Shown: piece after piece, positions 1-12,676 of the stretch | Layout of the letters: each line of letters begins with the position of its first letter | How positions within the stretch are numbered: position 1 is the first letter of the stretch | Assembly: GCA_028826165.1 (NCBI GenBank) | Contig: JAPDFW010000103.1 | Span: 434,001 to 498,000 of the forward strand | Source of the DNA: Anaeramoeba ignava BMAN | Lineage: Eukaryota > Protista > Anaeramoebae | Direction of reading: 5' to 3' | Length of the DNA stretch: 64,000 bases | The notes under the pieces: model-generated | Databases searched by the model: none | What the model saw: the letters and a program-made list of their open reading frames with translations, nothing else | Told to the model about the DNA's origin: nothing | Position numbers and translations under genes: made by a program

Positions 1-2445
1 TTGAGAAATAACCAAGAAATCAATTTTTATTGCAAGTGCTTCCCAGAATCAAATAATTTGATGTTTGAAAATTATGATCCAAAATCTGAAAACTGGGGAA
101 TTGTCCAAAAATCAACACATGTTATTGTTGAAAAATCTCAATTATTTTATGAATTGAATTTTGAAAAAAATGAACCAAAACTTTCAATTTGCAAATCCCC
201 AACAAAATATCAATACAAACTAATGCTTATGTTTGAGGAGCCAATGATTCAATCAACAAAATCAATTTTGATTGATGGATCAATGGGAATGGGAAAAACA
301 GAAATTATCAAAGAAATTGCCTATTCAAAAGGAATAAATTTGATAGAAGCTACAATTTCAACAATTTTTACAGCACAAGAAGGTCCAAATATTCGTCGCA
401 TTTTTGAAAGAGCAAAAGCAATGGAACCTTCTATTATTTTGTTTGACAACGTTGAGTCCATTTTCGATTCCAACCAAAAATATTCCGGAAACAACTTAAT
501 CTCTCAATTTATTCACGAAATGGATTCTCTTTTTTCATCCCATATTGAAAATATGATAACAAATATCATTTTCGATTCACAACAAAACGAGAATCATTTC
601 CAATTCTATAAACACGAAAATCCAAGAGTTTATGTTGTTGCAACAACAACAAAAATTGATTCAATTCCAAGAGGTGTATCCAAAAAATTTGAGGATCGGA
701 TTTCAATTCCCATTCCTACATCAAAAGAAAGAATTCAAATTCTTCAATCACTTTTTACTCAATCAAATTTGGAATTGAATATTTCTGATATGAAAAAGAT
801 TGATGAATATTTTCAAGGTTTTGTCTGTGCAGATTTAGTGAGAATTGCAAATGAAATTAAATGGAAAAAGGAGAAAGAAAATGAAACAATAATTTGTGAA
901 GATGATTTTAATGATATTATCCAAATGAGGAAACAGATATCAAGTACTATGAAAGGTATTGAAGTTATTGAACCTCGAGTTAAATGGGATGATATAATTG
1001 GAATGGATGAAATTAAGAAGAGTCTTCAGCAAGTTGTTGTATGGAATTATAGATACAAGACAGAATTAATGCATTTTGGAGTTGATTTATCTACTGGTGT
1101 ATTGTTATATGGTCCACCAGGAACTGGTATAATATTTAAAATCATTCAAATGAAATATTTAAATTAAATCAATTTTAAAACCATTTTTAAATCAATTTTA
1201 GAATCGTTTTTAAATTGAATCAAAAATTTAAATTAAATCAAATATTTAAATTAAATTGATATTTAAATCAAATATTTGAATCAAATGTTTAAAATAAATC
1301 AAATATTTAAATTAAATTGATATTTAAATCAAATTGATAATTAAATTGATATTTAAATTAAATTGATATTCAAATCAAATTGATATTTAAATCAAATTGA
1401 TATTTAAATCAAATTGATATTCAAATCAAATCAAATATTTAAATCAAATCGAATATTTAAATCAAATTGATATTTAAATTAAATCAAATATTTAAATTAA
1501 ATCGATATTTAAATTAAATCAAATATTTAAATTAAATCAAATATTTAAATTAAATCAAATATTTAAATTAAATTGATATTTAAATCAAATTGATATTTAA
1601 ATTAAATCAAATATTTAAATTAAATCAAATATTTAAATTAAATTGATATTTAAATCAAATATTTAAATTAAATTGATATTTAAATCAAATTGATATTTAA
1701 ATCAAATTGATATTTAAATCAAATTGATATTTAAATCAAATATTTAAATTAAATCAAATATTTAAATTAAATCAAATATTTAAATCAAATATTTAAATTT
1801 TTAGGTAAGACAATGCTTGCAAAAGCTTGTGCAACTGAATCAAATGCTAGTTTTATTTATGTAGATATGACTCAAGTTATAAAATCATTAGTTGGAGACT
1901 CTGAAAGAATTATATCAGAAATATTTAAAAAAGCAAGACTTAGTAGTCCAGCAATTATATTTTTTGATGAAATACAAGCCATTTTTGGATCAAGAGATGA
2001 TGTTGGAAGAAATTCAAGAAAAATGATTTCTCAGTTAGTTATTGAGATGAATAATATTAAAAGACAAGGAGAAGTTGTTGTTTTAGCAGCAACAAATCAA
2101 CCTCAAATGATTGATAAAAGTTTATTAACATCAGGCCGATTTAGTAGATGCATTTATGTTGGATTACTCAAAAAAAATGAGAGAAAAATTCTTTTTAATA
2201 AATTGTTAAAAAATATTCCTCGTAGTTTTAGTCAAGATGAATTAGAGTTTCTTTCTGAAAAAAGTTCTGGATTTACTGGAGCTGATATTAAAAATCTTTG
2301 TAGATATGCTGGTTTATTAGTTTTGAAAGAAAATTCTGAAAAAATTGAATGGAAACATTTTGTGAAAGCTTTTGAAGATTGTGTCCCTTCTGTTAAAAAG
2401 GAAAATATAAAAGAAATAAAAAAGTGGAAAAGGAATATTTTTTGA
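1..2445 (+). CDS. Two-module AAA+ ATPase (CDC48/AFG2/SPATA5-like), 5' partial; exons 1..1126 and 1805..2445
   Basis: D1 is degenerate (GSMGMGKT, ILFDNVE). The D2 Walker A GPPGTG|KT is restored by splicing GT 1127 to AG 1804. Walker B IIFFDEIQ and SRH AATNQPQMIDKSLLTSGRF are present. Confidence 0.85.
1200..1800. repeat. Intronic simple repeat (AAATTGATATTTAAATC / AAATC-type units)
   Basis: Visible degenerate tandem units inside intron 1127..1804. Confidence 0.85.
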
Positions 2446-2454
2446 ATTAATGAA

Positions 2455-3985
2455 TTTAAATAAATTAATTTAAAAATATAATTTAATATTTAATTTTATT
2501 ATTAAAATAATAATTTGTTGTTTTAGATTTAAATATTTTATTATTTAAATATTTAACATATAAATATAAAAAATAAAAATAGATTTAAATTAATATTTAA
2601 TTTATAAATTAATTTAAAAATATAATTTAATATTTAATTTTATTATTTAAATAATAATTTATTGTTTTAGATTTAAATATTTTATTATTTAAATATTTAA
2701 CATATAAATATAAAAATGAGAATAGATTTAATTTAATATTTAATTTATAAATTAACTTAAAAATATAATTTAATATTTAATTTTATTATTAAAATAATAA
2801 TTTAATGTTTTAGATTTAAATATTTTATTATTTAAATATTTAACATAAAAATATAAAAATAAGAATAGATTTAATTTAATATTTAATTTATAAATTAATT
2901 TAAAAATATACTTTAATATTTAATTTCATTATTAAAATAATAATTTAATGTTTTAAATTTAAATATTTTATTATTTTAAATATTTAACATAAAAATATAA
3001 AAATGAGAATTATTTTAATTTAATATTCAATTTATAAATTAATTTAAAAATTTAATTTAATATTTAATTTTATTATTAAAATAATAATTTAATGTTTTAG
3101 ATTTAAATATTTTATTATTTAAATATTTAGCATATAAATATAAAAATAAAAATAGATTTAATTTAATATTTAATTTATAAATTAATTTAAAAATATAATT
3201 TAATATTTAATTTTATGTTTAAAATAATAATTTAATGTTTTAAATTTAAATATTTTATTATTTAAATATTTAACATAAAAATATAAAAATAAGAATAGAT
3301 TTAATTTAATATTTAATTTATAAATTAATTTAAAAATATACTTTAATATTTAATTTTATTATTAAAATAATAATTTAATGTTTTAGATTTAAATATTTTA
3401 TTATTTAAATATTTAACATATAAATATAAAAATGAAAATAGGTTTAATTTAATATTTAATTTATAAATTAATTTGAAAATATAATTTATTATTTAATTTT
3501 ATTATTAAAATAATAATTTAATGTTTTAGATTTAAATATTTTATTATTTAAATATTTAGCATATAAATATAAAAATAAAAATAGATTTAATTTAATATTT
3601 AATTTATAAATTAATTTAAAAATATAATTTAATATTTAATTTTATGTTTAAAATAATAATTTAATGTTTTAGATTTTAAATATTTTATTATTTAAATATT
3701 TAACATATAAAATATAAAAATAAGAATAGATTTAATTTAATATTTAATTTATAAATTAATTTAAAAATATAATTTAATATTTAATTTCATTATTAAAATA
3801 ATAATTTATTGTTTTTAAATTTAAATATTTTATTATTTAAATATTTAACATATAAATATAAAAATAGAAATAGATTTAATTTAATATTTAATTTATAAAT
3901 TAATTTAAAAATATAATTTAATATTTATTTTTATTATTAAAATAATATTTTTAATGTTTTAGATTTAAATATTTTATTATTTAAA
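2455..3985. repeat. ~144-bp AT-rich tandem repeat, about 10 copies
   Basis: Unit start TAAATTAATTTAAAAATATA at 2461 recurs at 2605 and onward; TTTTAGATTTAAATATTTT recurs periodically. Confidence 0.85.
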
Positions 3986-4388
3986 AATATTTTGAAAATT
4001 GATTTTTGAAATTAAAATTTTATCTTTTTGAATTAAATTGAATTAATATTAATTTGGAAATTTGTTTTAAAATTTAAATTTATTAATAATTTTTAAATTC
4101 CAAAAAAAAAATTAAATTAAAAATTAAATTAAAATAATTTTCCTTTTTTTTTTAATAAAAAAATTAATAAAAAATAATAATAATTTATTAATAAATTAAT
4201 TTAAAATAATAAATTAAAAAGAAAATTAAATTAATTATTAATTTAAATTTATTCTCATTTTTTATATTTTTATTTATTTTCAAAATCCACTTTTTTTTTT
4301 CATTTTTTTTTTCCTTTTTTTTTTCATTTTTTTCCTTTTTTTTAAAAACAAAAAACAAAAACCAAAAACAAAAAACCAAAAAAACAAA

Positions 4389-6086
4389 ATGGATAACAAT
4401 AATAATAACCAAATTGAAAATCAAAATCAAAATCAAAATGAAAATGAAATGAAAAATTTAGAAAAAAAAGTAACAAAAAATTTAATTAAAAATTATTCAA
4501 ACCTTTTAAATGGAAATTCATTTAAAGATTTTTCAATTTTTGTTGAGAATAAATCAAATCCTTTTGAAATTAAAGTTCATAAATCAATTTTATCTTCAAG
4601 ATCTCCTTTTTTTAATGAATCATTAAGGCAAGAATCTCTTTTTATTTCTTTAAATCAATTTAATAAAAAAGAAATGGAATCAATTTTGAGTTATATTTAT
4701 TATGGAAATATTTCTTTTGAGAATCAAGAAAATCTTTTTCAATTATTGGAAATTTCAATTTATTTTAAATTAAATTTATTGAAAGAAATTATTCAAAAAA
4801 AAATTTTAAATTCAATTAATTATTCAAATTTTTTCCAATTTTTATTCCAAAATCGAAATTTAAATTCAAATGAAATTGAAATAAAATGTTTTGAATTAAT
4901 AAATCAAAATTTTTCCCAAATTCAGAATAATGAGAATTTATTCAATTTAACTAAAGAAGAAATTATCAAATTTATTCAATTTAAACAAGAAAAAAAAGAA
5001 ATTTTTCAATTTGATTTTTTTCAATTTTTAAATATTTGGATTAAAAAAAGAGTTAATTCATTAAAATTAAAGAAATATGAAAACAAAATGAATGCAAAGA
5101 AAAGATTATTTCATTCTTTTTCTTCATTATTTGATAAAGATTCAATTTCAAAACAAGATTTTGATAAATTAAAACAATTTGATTTTTTTCTTCCCAAATC
5201 TTTTTTCATCAAGAAGCAAAAAAAATTAATTCAAGAAAATAAGATTCAAGAAAAGAAAATTCAAGAGAAAGAAAAGAAAATTAAAAGAAGAGATAAAAGA
5301 ATTAAAGAAAGAGATAAAAGAATCAAATCATTTGAATCAGAAATTCGAAATTTGAAATCTGAAAATAAGAAGAAAGAAAAGGAAATTGAAAACAAAGAGA
5401 AAGAGAATCAAGAAATTGAAGAGAAATGGAAGAAAGAAGTTGAGAATAAAAACAAAGAAAATAAAGAAATGAAACCTATTTTTGATAAATATCGAGATCA
5501 ATATCAAATGGAGATAATCAAACAGATTTTTTCAGATTCAGAAATTGTGAAAGATATTGAATATGTTAAGAAATTACAAGAATGGATAAATGATAATGAT
5601 TTTTTTTCTAAAATGAAAAAAGGATTTTCAGCAAAAAGAGATGGATTTGATTCTCAAAATTGGCATAAAGCAGTTGATGGGAAAGGAAAAACATTAGTTA
5701 TTATCAAAACAAAACAAAATTTTATTTTTGGAGGTTTTACTCAAGTTGGATTTAAAAATGTTCAATCAGGTGGAGAATGGATTAATGATCCAAATGCATT
5801 TATTTTTTCATTAAGAAATGATAAAGGAGATAGAATACCTGCAAAGTTTACAGCTAAAGAAGGTTCTGCAATTTATTCTAATTTAAGTTGTGGTCCAATT
5901 TTTGGAAAACCTAATGCTGCAAATGATTTTTATTTAAAATCTAGTTTACAACCTGGTTATTCAAATTTTGGTTATGGTTATAATCTACCTAATGGAATTA
6001 CTTATAATACATATCAAGCTCAAAGTTATTTAGCTGGTTCTTATGATAAATGGGTTGTTGATGAACTTGAAACTTATTTCATTTAA
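4389..6086 (+). CDS. BTB/POZ - coiled coil - TLDc domain protein
   Basis: BTB motif DFSI..IKVHKSILSSRSPFF; K/E-rich coiled coil; TLDc motifs SAKRDGF, GKTLVIIKT, FIFGGFT, AFIFSL, GPIFG, ELETYFI. Confidence 0.9.
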   Translation: MDNNNNNQIENQNQNQNENEMKNLEKKVTKNLIKNYSNLLNGNSFKDFSIFVENKSNPFEIKVHKSILSSRSPFFNESLRQESLFISLNQFNKKEMESILSYIYYGNISFENQENLFQLLEISIYFKLNLLKEIIQKKILNSINYSNFFQFLFQNRNLNSNEIEIKCFELINQNFSQIQNNENLFNLTKEEIIKFIQFKQEKKEIFQFDFFQFLNIWIKKRVNSLKLKKYENKMNAKKRLFHSFSSLFDKDSISKQDFDKLKQFDFFLPKSFFIKKQKKLIQENKIQEKKIQEKEKKIKRRDKRIKERDKRIKSFESEIRNLKSENKKKEKEIENKEKENQEIEEKWKKEVENKNKENKEMKPIFDKYRDQYQMEIIKQIFSDSEIVKDIEYVKKLQEWINDNDFFSKMKKGFSAKRDGFDSQNWHKAVDGKGKTLVIIKTKQNFIFGGFTQVGFKNVQSGGEWINDPNAFIFSLRNDKGDRIPAKFTAKEGSAIYSNLSCGPIFGKPNAANDFYLKSSLQPGYSNFGYGYNLPNGITYNTYQAQSYLAGSYDKWVVDELETYFI

Positions 6087-6599
6087 TTTCAATTTTCATT
6101 TATTTTTTTCAAAATTCAATTCAATTTTGATTTACTTTCAATCAAATTAATTTCTTCAAATCAATAAATAAGAAAAGGAATCAATTTTAAATAATTTAAT
6201 TTTAATTTAAAAATATTATTAAAAATTTAATTAATAAATTTGAAAAATGAATTTTTTTGAAGATAAACAAAAATAAAAATTTAAAATGAAAATTAATAAT
6301 AATTAAATTTTAATTCTTTTATTAAAATATGAAAATACAAAAATTAATTAAAATTTATTATTAAATATTATTAAAATTCAATTTATATTTTTATTAAATT
6401 ATTTTAAACAATTTTCAATTTCAATATATTTTATTATAATTAAAATTAGATTAATAAATAATCAATAATATTAATTTGATAAATGAAAATATTATTTCAA
6501 TTTAAAATAGAATAAATTCAAATTAAATTATTATTAATTATTATTAAAATTAAATATTTATCTTTATCAAAATATTTCAATTTTAATTTTCAAATTTAT

Positions 6600-7150
6600 T
6601 AAATTATTGAGAATAATTTTATATTAATTTTTAAATAAAGAAATATTAATAAAATATATAAAATATAATTATTTTTAAAATTTAATTTATTTTTAATATT
6701 CTTGATTTTTATTTTTGAAATAAATTAATGAAAATATTTTATTTATTTTATTAAAAATATTGGGAATAATTTTATATTATTTTAAATAAAGAAATATTAA
6801 TAAATATATAAAATAGAATTAGTTTTAAATTTAATTATTTAATATTCTTTATTCCATTTTTGAAATAATTTTATTAAAAATATTTTATTTATTTTATTAA
6901 ATTATTGTGAATAATTTTATATTAGTTTAAATAAAGAAATATTAATAAATATATAAAATATAATTATTTTTAAATTTAATTATTTAATATTCTTTATTCC
7001 ATTTTTGAAATAAATTAATTAAAATATTTCAATTTTCTTTTCAAATTTATTAAAATTATTATGAATAATTTTATGCAATTAGTTTAAATAAAGAAATATT
7101 AATAAAAATAATTTAAAATTAGAATTAGTTATTGGGAAAATTTAATTATT
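6600..7150. repeat. ~140-bp AT-rich tandem repeat (array 1)
   Basis: Recurring ATTGGGAATAATTTTATATT...AAATAAAGAAATATTAATAAA unit. Confidence 0.7.
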
Positions 7151-7221
7151 TAATATTTAATATTCTTGATTTCATTTTTCATTTTTTTTTTCATTTTTTT
7201 CTTTTCAAATTTTTATTAAAA

Positions 7222-8679
7222 ATGGAAAATTATTTAAATTTAGAAAAACTTTCAAATGATTTAAAAAATTTATTTCAAAATCAAAATGAAAATCAAAATC
7301 AGAATGAAAGTTATTTTGATTTTGAAATAATTTGTGAACAAAACGAAATTTCATTTAAAACTCATAAATCAATTCTTTCTTCAAGAAGTCATTATTTTAA
7401 ATCTCTTTTTAATTCTAAAATGAAAGAATATCAAGAAAATAAATTAATTTTAAAAGATGTTTCAAGTTCAATTCTATTTCCAATCTTAAATTATTTTTAT
7501 TCAGGAAAAATTGAAATTAATTTAGAAAATGCAATTCAAATTTTAATTTTTTCATCAAAATATTTAATTGATGAATTAATTGAAGCTTCTTCAAAATTTA
7601 TCAAAAACAATTTCCAATTTGAAACTATTGTTGATGTTCTTAAATTATCTGAAGCAACGAACTTAAATCAATTATTGGATTCTTCTTATCAATTTATTTT
7701 AGAAAATTTTGAAGAATTTATCAAAACTTCATTTTTTCTTGAACTTGAAGAAAATCATTTAAATTCAATATTATTAAATGATGATATTTTAATAAATGAA
7801 ATTGAACTTTTCCAATCAATAATAAAATGGGGAAAACATAAATCAAATATTAATCAACAAAAAGAAATTGAAAAAGAAGAAAAAGAAAAATTACAAAATC
7901 AAATTTCCAACGTTATTGAAAAAATCAGATTTATTGATTTTACAAAGCAAGAACTTAAAGATACTTTGAAAGAAGATTTAATTCCAAATCAAATTTCACA
8001 AAAATTAATTCAATTCCAAAAACTTCAAAAAGAAAAAGAATTAAAAGAACTAATTCAAAAAGAAAACTCATTAATTTTCAAATCAAGATTTGGTTTAAAT
8101 ACTTCAAAAATTATTCAAAATGAAGAATATGTTAAGAAATTACAAGAATGGATAAATGATAATGATTTTTTTTCTAAAATGAAAAAAGGATTTTCAGCCA
8201 AAAGAGATGGATTTGATTGCGAAGAATGGCACAAAACAGTTGATGAGAAAGGAAAAACATTAGTTATTATCAAAACAAAAGATAATTTTATTTTTGGAGG
8301 ATTTACTTCAGTTGGATTTACAGATGATAAATCAAAATGGAGAAAAGAAGATCAAGAAGAACAATATGGATGGATTCCAGATTCAAATGCATTTATTTTT
8401 TCATTAAGAAATGATAAAAATGATAGAACACCAGAGAAATTTCCAATTAGAAAAGATGGAGAAGAATATGCAATTAAATATGCTTTCAGTTTAGGTCCAA
8501 TTTTTGGAGGAAGTTTTGATTTTTATTTGAATGGTACTTTACAACCTGGTTATTCAGATTTTGGTTTTAATTATCAACTCCCACAGGGAATGAGTTATAA
8601 TACAGATGAAGCTCAAAGTTATTTAGCTGGTTCTCGTAATGATTGGGTTGTTGATGAAGTTGAGACTTATTTCATTTAA
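7222..8679 (+). CDS. BTB-BACK-TLDc domain protein
   Basis: ATG at 7222; BTB motif FKTHKSILSSRSHYFKSLF; BACK motif EIELFQSIIKW..IRF; TLDc C-terminus paralogous to the upstream gene. Confidence 0.9.
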   Translation: MENYLNLEKLSNDLKNLFQNQNENQNQNESYFDFEIICEQNEISFKTHKSILSSRSHYFKSLFNSKMKEYQENKLILKDVSSSILFPILNYFYSGKIEINLENAIQILIFSSKYLIDELIEASSKFIKNNFQFETIVDVLKLSEATNLNQLLDSSYQFILENFEEFIKTSFFLELEENHLNSILLNDDILINEIELFQSIIKWGKHKSNINQQKEIEKEEKEKLQNQISNVIEKIRFIDFTKQELKDTLKEDLIPNQISQKLIQFQKLQKEKELKELIQKENSLIFKSRFGLNTSKIIQNEEYVKKLQEWINDNDFFSKMKKGFSAKRDGFDCEEWHKTVDEKGKTLVIIKTKDNFIFGGFTSVGFTDDKSKWRKEDQEEQYGWIPDSNAFIFSLRNDKNDRTPEKFPIRKDGEEYAIKYAFSLGPIFGGSFDFYLNGTLQPGYSDFGFNYQLPQGMSYNTDEAQSYLAGSRNDWVVDEVETYFI

Positions 8680-9189
8680 TTTCAAATTTTCCATTTATTT
8701 TTTTCAAAATCCAATTTTATTTTGATTTAATTTCAATCAAATTAATTTCTTCAAATCAATAAATAAGGAAAGAATTTAATTTTAAATAATTTAATTTTAA
8801 TTTAAAAAATATTATTAAAAATTTAATTAATAAATTTGAAAAATGAATTTTTTTGAAGATAAACAAAAATAAAAATTTAAAATGAAAATTAATAATAATT
8901 AAATTTAAATTCTTTTATTAAAATATGAAAATACAAAAATTAATTAAAATTTATTATTAAATATTATTAAATTTCAATTTATATTTTTATTAAATTATTT
9001 TAAACAATTTTCAATTTCAATATATTTTATTATAATTAAAATTAGATTAATAAATAATCAAAAATATTAATTTAATAAATGAAAATATTATTTCAATTTA
9101 AAAATAGAATAAATTCAAATTAAATTATTATTAATTATTATTAAAATTAAATATTTATCTTTATCAAAATATTTCAATTTTCTTTTTCA

Positions 9190-9905
9190 AATTTATTAAA
9201 ATATTGGGAATAATTTTATATTAATTTAAATAAAGAAATATTAATAAAATATATAAAATATAATTATTTTTAAATTTAATTATTTAATATTCTTTTATTT
9301 TATTTTTGAAATAAATTAATTAAAATATTTTATTTATTTTATTAAAATATTGGGAATAATTTTATATTAGTTTAAATAAAAGAAATATTAATAAAATATA
9401 TAAAAATATAATTATTTTTAAATTTAATTATTTAATATTCTTTATTTTATTTTTGAAATAAATTTATTAAAAATATTTTATTTATTTTATTAAAAATATT
9501 GGGAATAATTTTATATTAATTTAAATAAAAGAAATATTAATAAAATATATAAAATAAAATTAATTTTAAATTTAATTATTTAATATTCTTTATTTCATTT
9601 TTGAAATAAATTTATTAAAATATTTCAATTTTTCTTTCAAATTTATTAAAATATTGGTAATAATTTTATACTAGTTTAAATAAAGAAATATTTATGAAAT
9701 ATATAAATTAGAATTAGTTTTAAATTTAATTATTTAATATTCTTTATTCCATTTTTGAAATAAATTTATTAAAATATTTTATTTATTTTATTAAAATATT
9801 GGGAATAATTTTATATTAGTTTAAATAAAGAAATATTTATAAAATATATAAAATAAAATTAATTTTAAATTTAAGTATTTAATATTATTTATTCCATTTT
9901 TGAAA
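9190..9905. repeat. ~140-bp AT-rich tandem repeat (array 2, same family as 6600..7150)
   Basis: About 5 copies of ATATTGGGAATAATTTTATATT...TTTTGAAATAAATT. Confidence 0.8.
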
Positions 9906-9948
9906 TAAAATTGGAAAAAAAAAAGAAAAAGAAGAAAAAGAAGAAAAA

Positions 9949-10892
9949 TTATTTGTATTTCATTGATTCTTGTAAAGCTTTTTCTAATTGAGAATCAAAA
10001 TCATCATCAGCATTAAAATTTTGATTAGTAGAATATAAATCTTGTTCTTTTTGCATTGCAGTTAATTTCAAAAACTGGAATCTTTGAGTAAGAATATTGC
10101 GGTCATTATCTGATAAATCTTGAATTAAATGAATATTTTGGAAAAAATGATTGAGTTCATTAACTTGAGAAATAATATCGAGATCAGAAACAAATTTAAA
10201 GAGCCTTGCGCTTGTTTCATTGAAAGAAGAATCCAGCATAGTGAATATTTCAGGAACAAAATCACCTGTCCATTCCTCAACTTTTTTTTTCTCTCCCATT
10301 GCTCGATAACTTAAAGCTCCTCCAAAATCAATTCGAAAAGGTTTTTCTGTTGAGTTTTCAATCATGATATTTTCGTCTTGTAATCCTGCTACATCCCAAT
10401 TTGCGAGTAAGCAATCTAGCACAAAGTGCTTCATTACTTCGCGTTGAATTTTCTCAAGTTTTTCTGGTGATTTACTGTTTTTTTCTTGATATTCTTTCCA
10501 AGTGATTCCATCAATAAATTCAATTAAAATTTGAAAATCATTTTCAGTTTCAAATTTTTTCATTTTTGGAACTTGAGCATCTTATTATTTTTATTATTAT
10601 TATTTTTATTATTTTTATTTTTATTATTTTTATTATTCAAAAAAAAATTCAATCCAAAAATTTTTCAATTTGTTTTTTTTTTGCTTTTTTTATTTAAAAT
10701 TTTTTTCTTACTTGCTTTTTCATAAATTTGATTTGCAACAAATTCATTAAGACAATGCTCTTTACTTTTCCCTTTTTTAAGAACAAAAATTTTATTAGTT
10801 TCTTTATCTTTCATTTTTTTAGGTTTTGTTGAACCATTTAATTCACACATTTCTTCAAGATTATCTAAATTATCAGGAAAGAATTTTTCCAT
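9949..10892 (-). CDS. HipA/PI3-PI4-kinase-like atypical kinase with C-terminal UIM; exons 10892..10712 and 10580..9949
   Basis: Intron 10581..10711 (GT..AG) joins the two ORFs in frame: GST..FVLKK..NEFVANQIYEKANAQVP..IEFIDG..FVLDCLLANWDV..ENIM..RIDFGGALSYRA. C-terminal DDDFDSQLEKALQESMKY fits the UIM pattern. Confidence 0.75.
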
Positions 10893-11017
10893 TTTAAAAA
10901 AAGCAAAAAAAAAAGAAAAAAATGAAAAAAAAAATTTTTAAAATAAAATTGTTTTTTTTTTGGAATTTTTGATAAATAATTTATTTTCAATCTTCCAAGA
11001 AAACATAAAAAGAAGAT

Positions 11018-12676
11018 TCAAACAAATTTATTTTTCTTATGAGCTGCTGCAATATTTGTTAAGGAAACAGAATGACGAAAAGAAGGAGAAATTTGATTTT
11101 GAGATGATTGATTATTTGAGTTATTATTTGAGTTATTATTTGAGTTATTATTTGGAGAAATAATTTTTTTAAGCGGGGAATTTTGGTTTTCTGATCTTGA
11201 AAAGGGTTTTTTTGCGTTTGATTTTGCTATTTTCCCTAAATGGGCGAGATCTACTTCTGATGAGTATGATAATTGTAACGTTTTTTCAGATACTTTTGTT
11301 TGAACTTCAAGATTGTGAATAGTTTTGTTTTTTTCGTTGATTTCTCGTTCGCTTTGGATTATTTGCTTCTTCTTCTCGCTTATTGTTTGTCGTAGTTTTT
11401 CGATTTGTGATTGGATTTGATTGCTTTTTCTTTTCAGTTGTTTTTGTCCTTCTGTTGCTTCTGATGTTTGATTGTGAATTTTTTTTAATGCTTTTTCTCG
11501 TTTTTTGATTTGTGCTTTTTAATTTTTAAATCAATTTTTAAATCAATTTTTAATATTAATTTTAAATCAATTTTTAAATCAATTTTTAAATCAATTTTTA
11601 ATATTAATTTTTAATATTAATTTTTAATATTAATTTTTAATATTAATTTTTAAATCAATTTTTAAATCAATTTTTAAATCAATTTTTAATTTTAATTTTT
11701 AAATCAATTTTTAATTTTAATTTTAAATCAATTTTTAAATCAATTTTTTAAATCAATTTTTAATATTAATTTTTTATCCGATTTTAATTTTAATTTTAAT
11801 TCTAATTTTAATTCTAATTCTAATTTTAATTATAATTTTAATTTTAATTCTAATTTTAATTCTAATTCTATTTCTAATTCTAATTCTAATTTTAATTTTA
11901 ATTCTAATTTTAATTTTAATTTTAATTTTTAATTCTAAATTTAATTTTTTAATTTTAATTCTAATTCAATTTCTAATTTTAATTTTATTTCTAATTTTAA
12001 TTCTAATTCTAATTTTAATTCTAATTCTAATTCTAATTCTAATTCTAATTCTAATTTTAATTCTAATTCTAATTTTAATTTTAATTTTAATTCTAATTTT
12101 AATTTTAATTTTAATTTTAATTTTAATTTTTAATTTTAATTTTAATTTTAATTCTAATTTTAATTTTAATTCTAATTTTAATTCTAATTTTAATTCTAAT
12201 TCTAATTCTAATTCTAATTTTAATTCTAATTTGAATTTTAATTTTAAATTGAATTTTAAATTGAATTTTAAATTGAATTTTAATTATAAATTGAATTTTA
12301 ATTATAATTTTTGTTTTGTGGTCGAGTGATGATGTTGTTTTTTTTTGTTTTTGGATTTATTTATTGATTATTAAATTAATAAATTTAATAAAATTATGTT
12401 CAAAATTTAAAAATAAAAATAAATTGGTTATAAACTTTAAATGAATTCTATTTGTTTTTATGATTATTTTTTTATGTATATATAAAAAAAGAAAAGGGTT
12501 AAAAAATAAAATTTATTATAAAAATTACAGCGAATTTCTTCAATTTTAACTTCAAAATTTTCTAACTCTTTTTTATGACTATTTTTTAAATGATAAATTC
12601 TTGTTTGATAAGATTCTTTTATTTCTTCAAAATTTTCATTGTTTTCATTTGTTTTATTCAATGGTTTTTCTTCCAT
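11018..12676 (-). CDS. Hypothetical coiled-coil protein, multi-exon; internal exon boundaries uncertain
   Basis: First exon MEEKPLNK..EEIR followed by a GT donor at 12528; an open last exon ~11515..11018 reads AQIKKREKALKKIHNQTSE...HKKNKFV*. Confidence 0.5.
11525..12300. repeat. TAATTT/TAATTC hexamer and AAATCAATTTTT 12-mer repeats
   Basis: Directly visible tandem units. Confidence 0.85.

Noticed and set aside
2455-3985. Possible CRISPR-like array
   Set aside because: Contiguous tandem units with no unique spacers, no cas genes, and a eukaryotic context.
7132-7221. Hydrophobic N-terminal extension of the second BTB-TLDc ORF
   Set aside because: It starts at TTG within repeat/T-rich upstream DNA; the ATG at 7222 is the plausible start.
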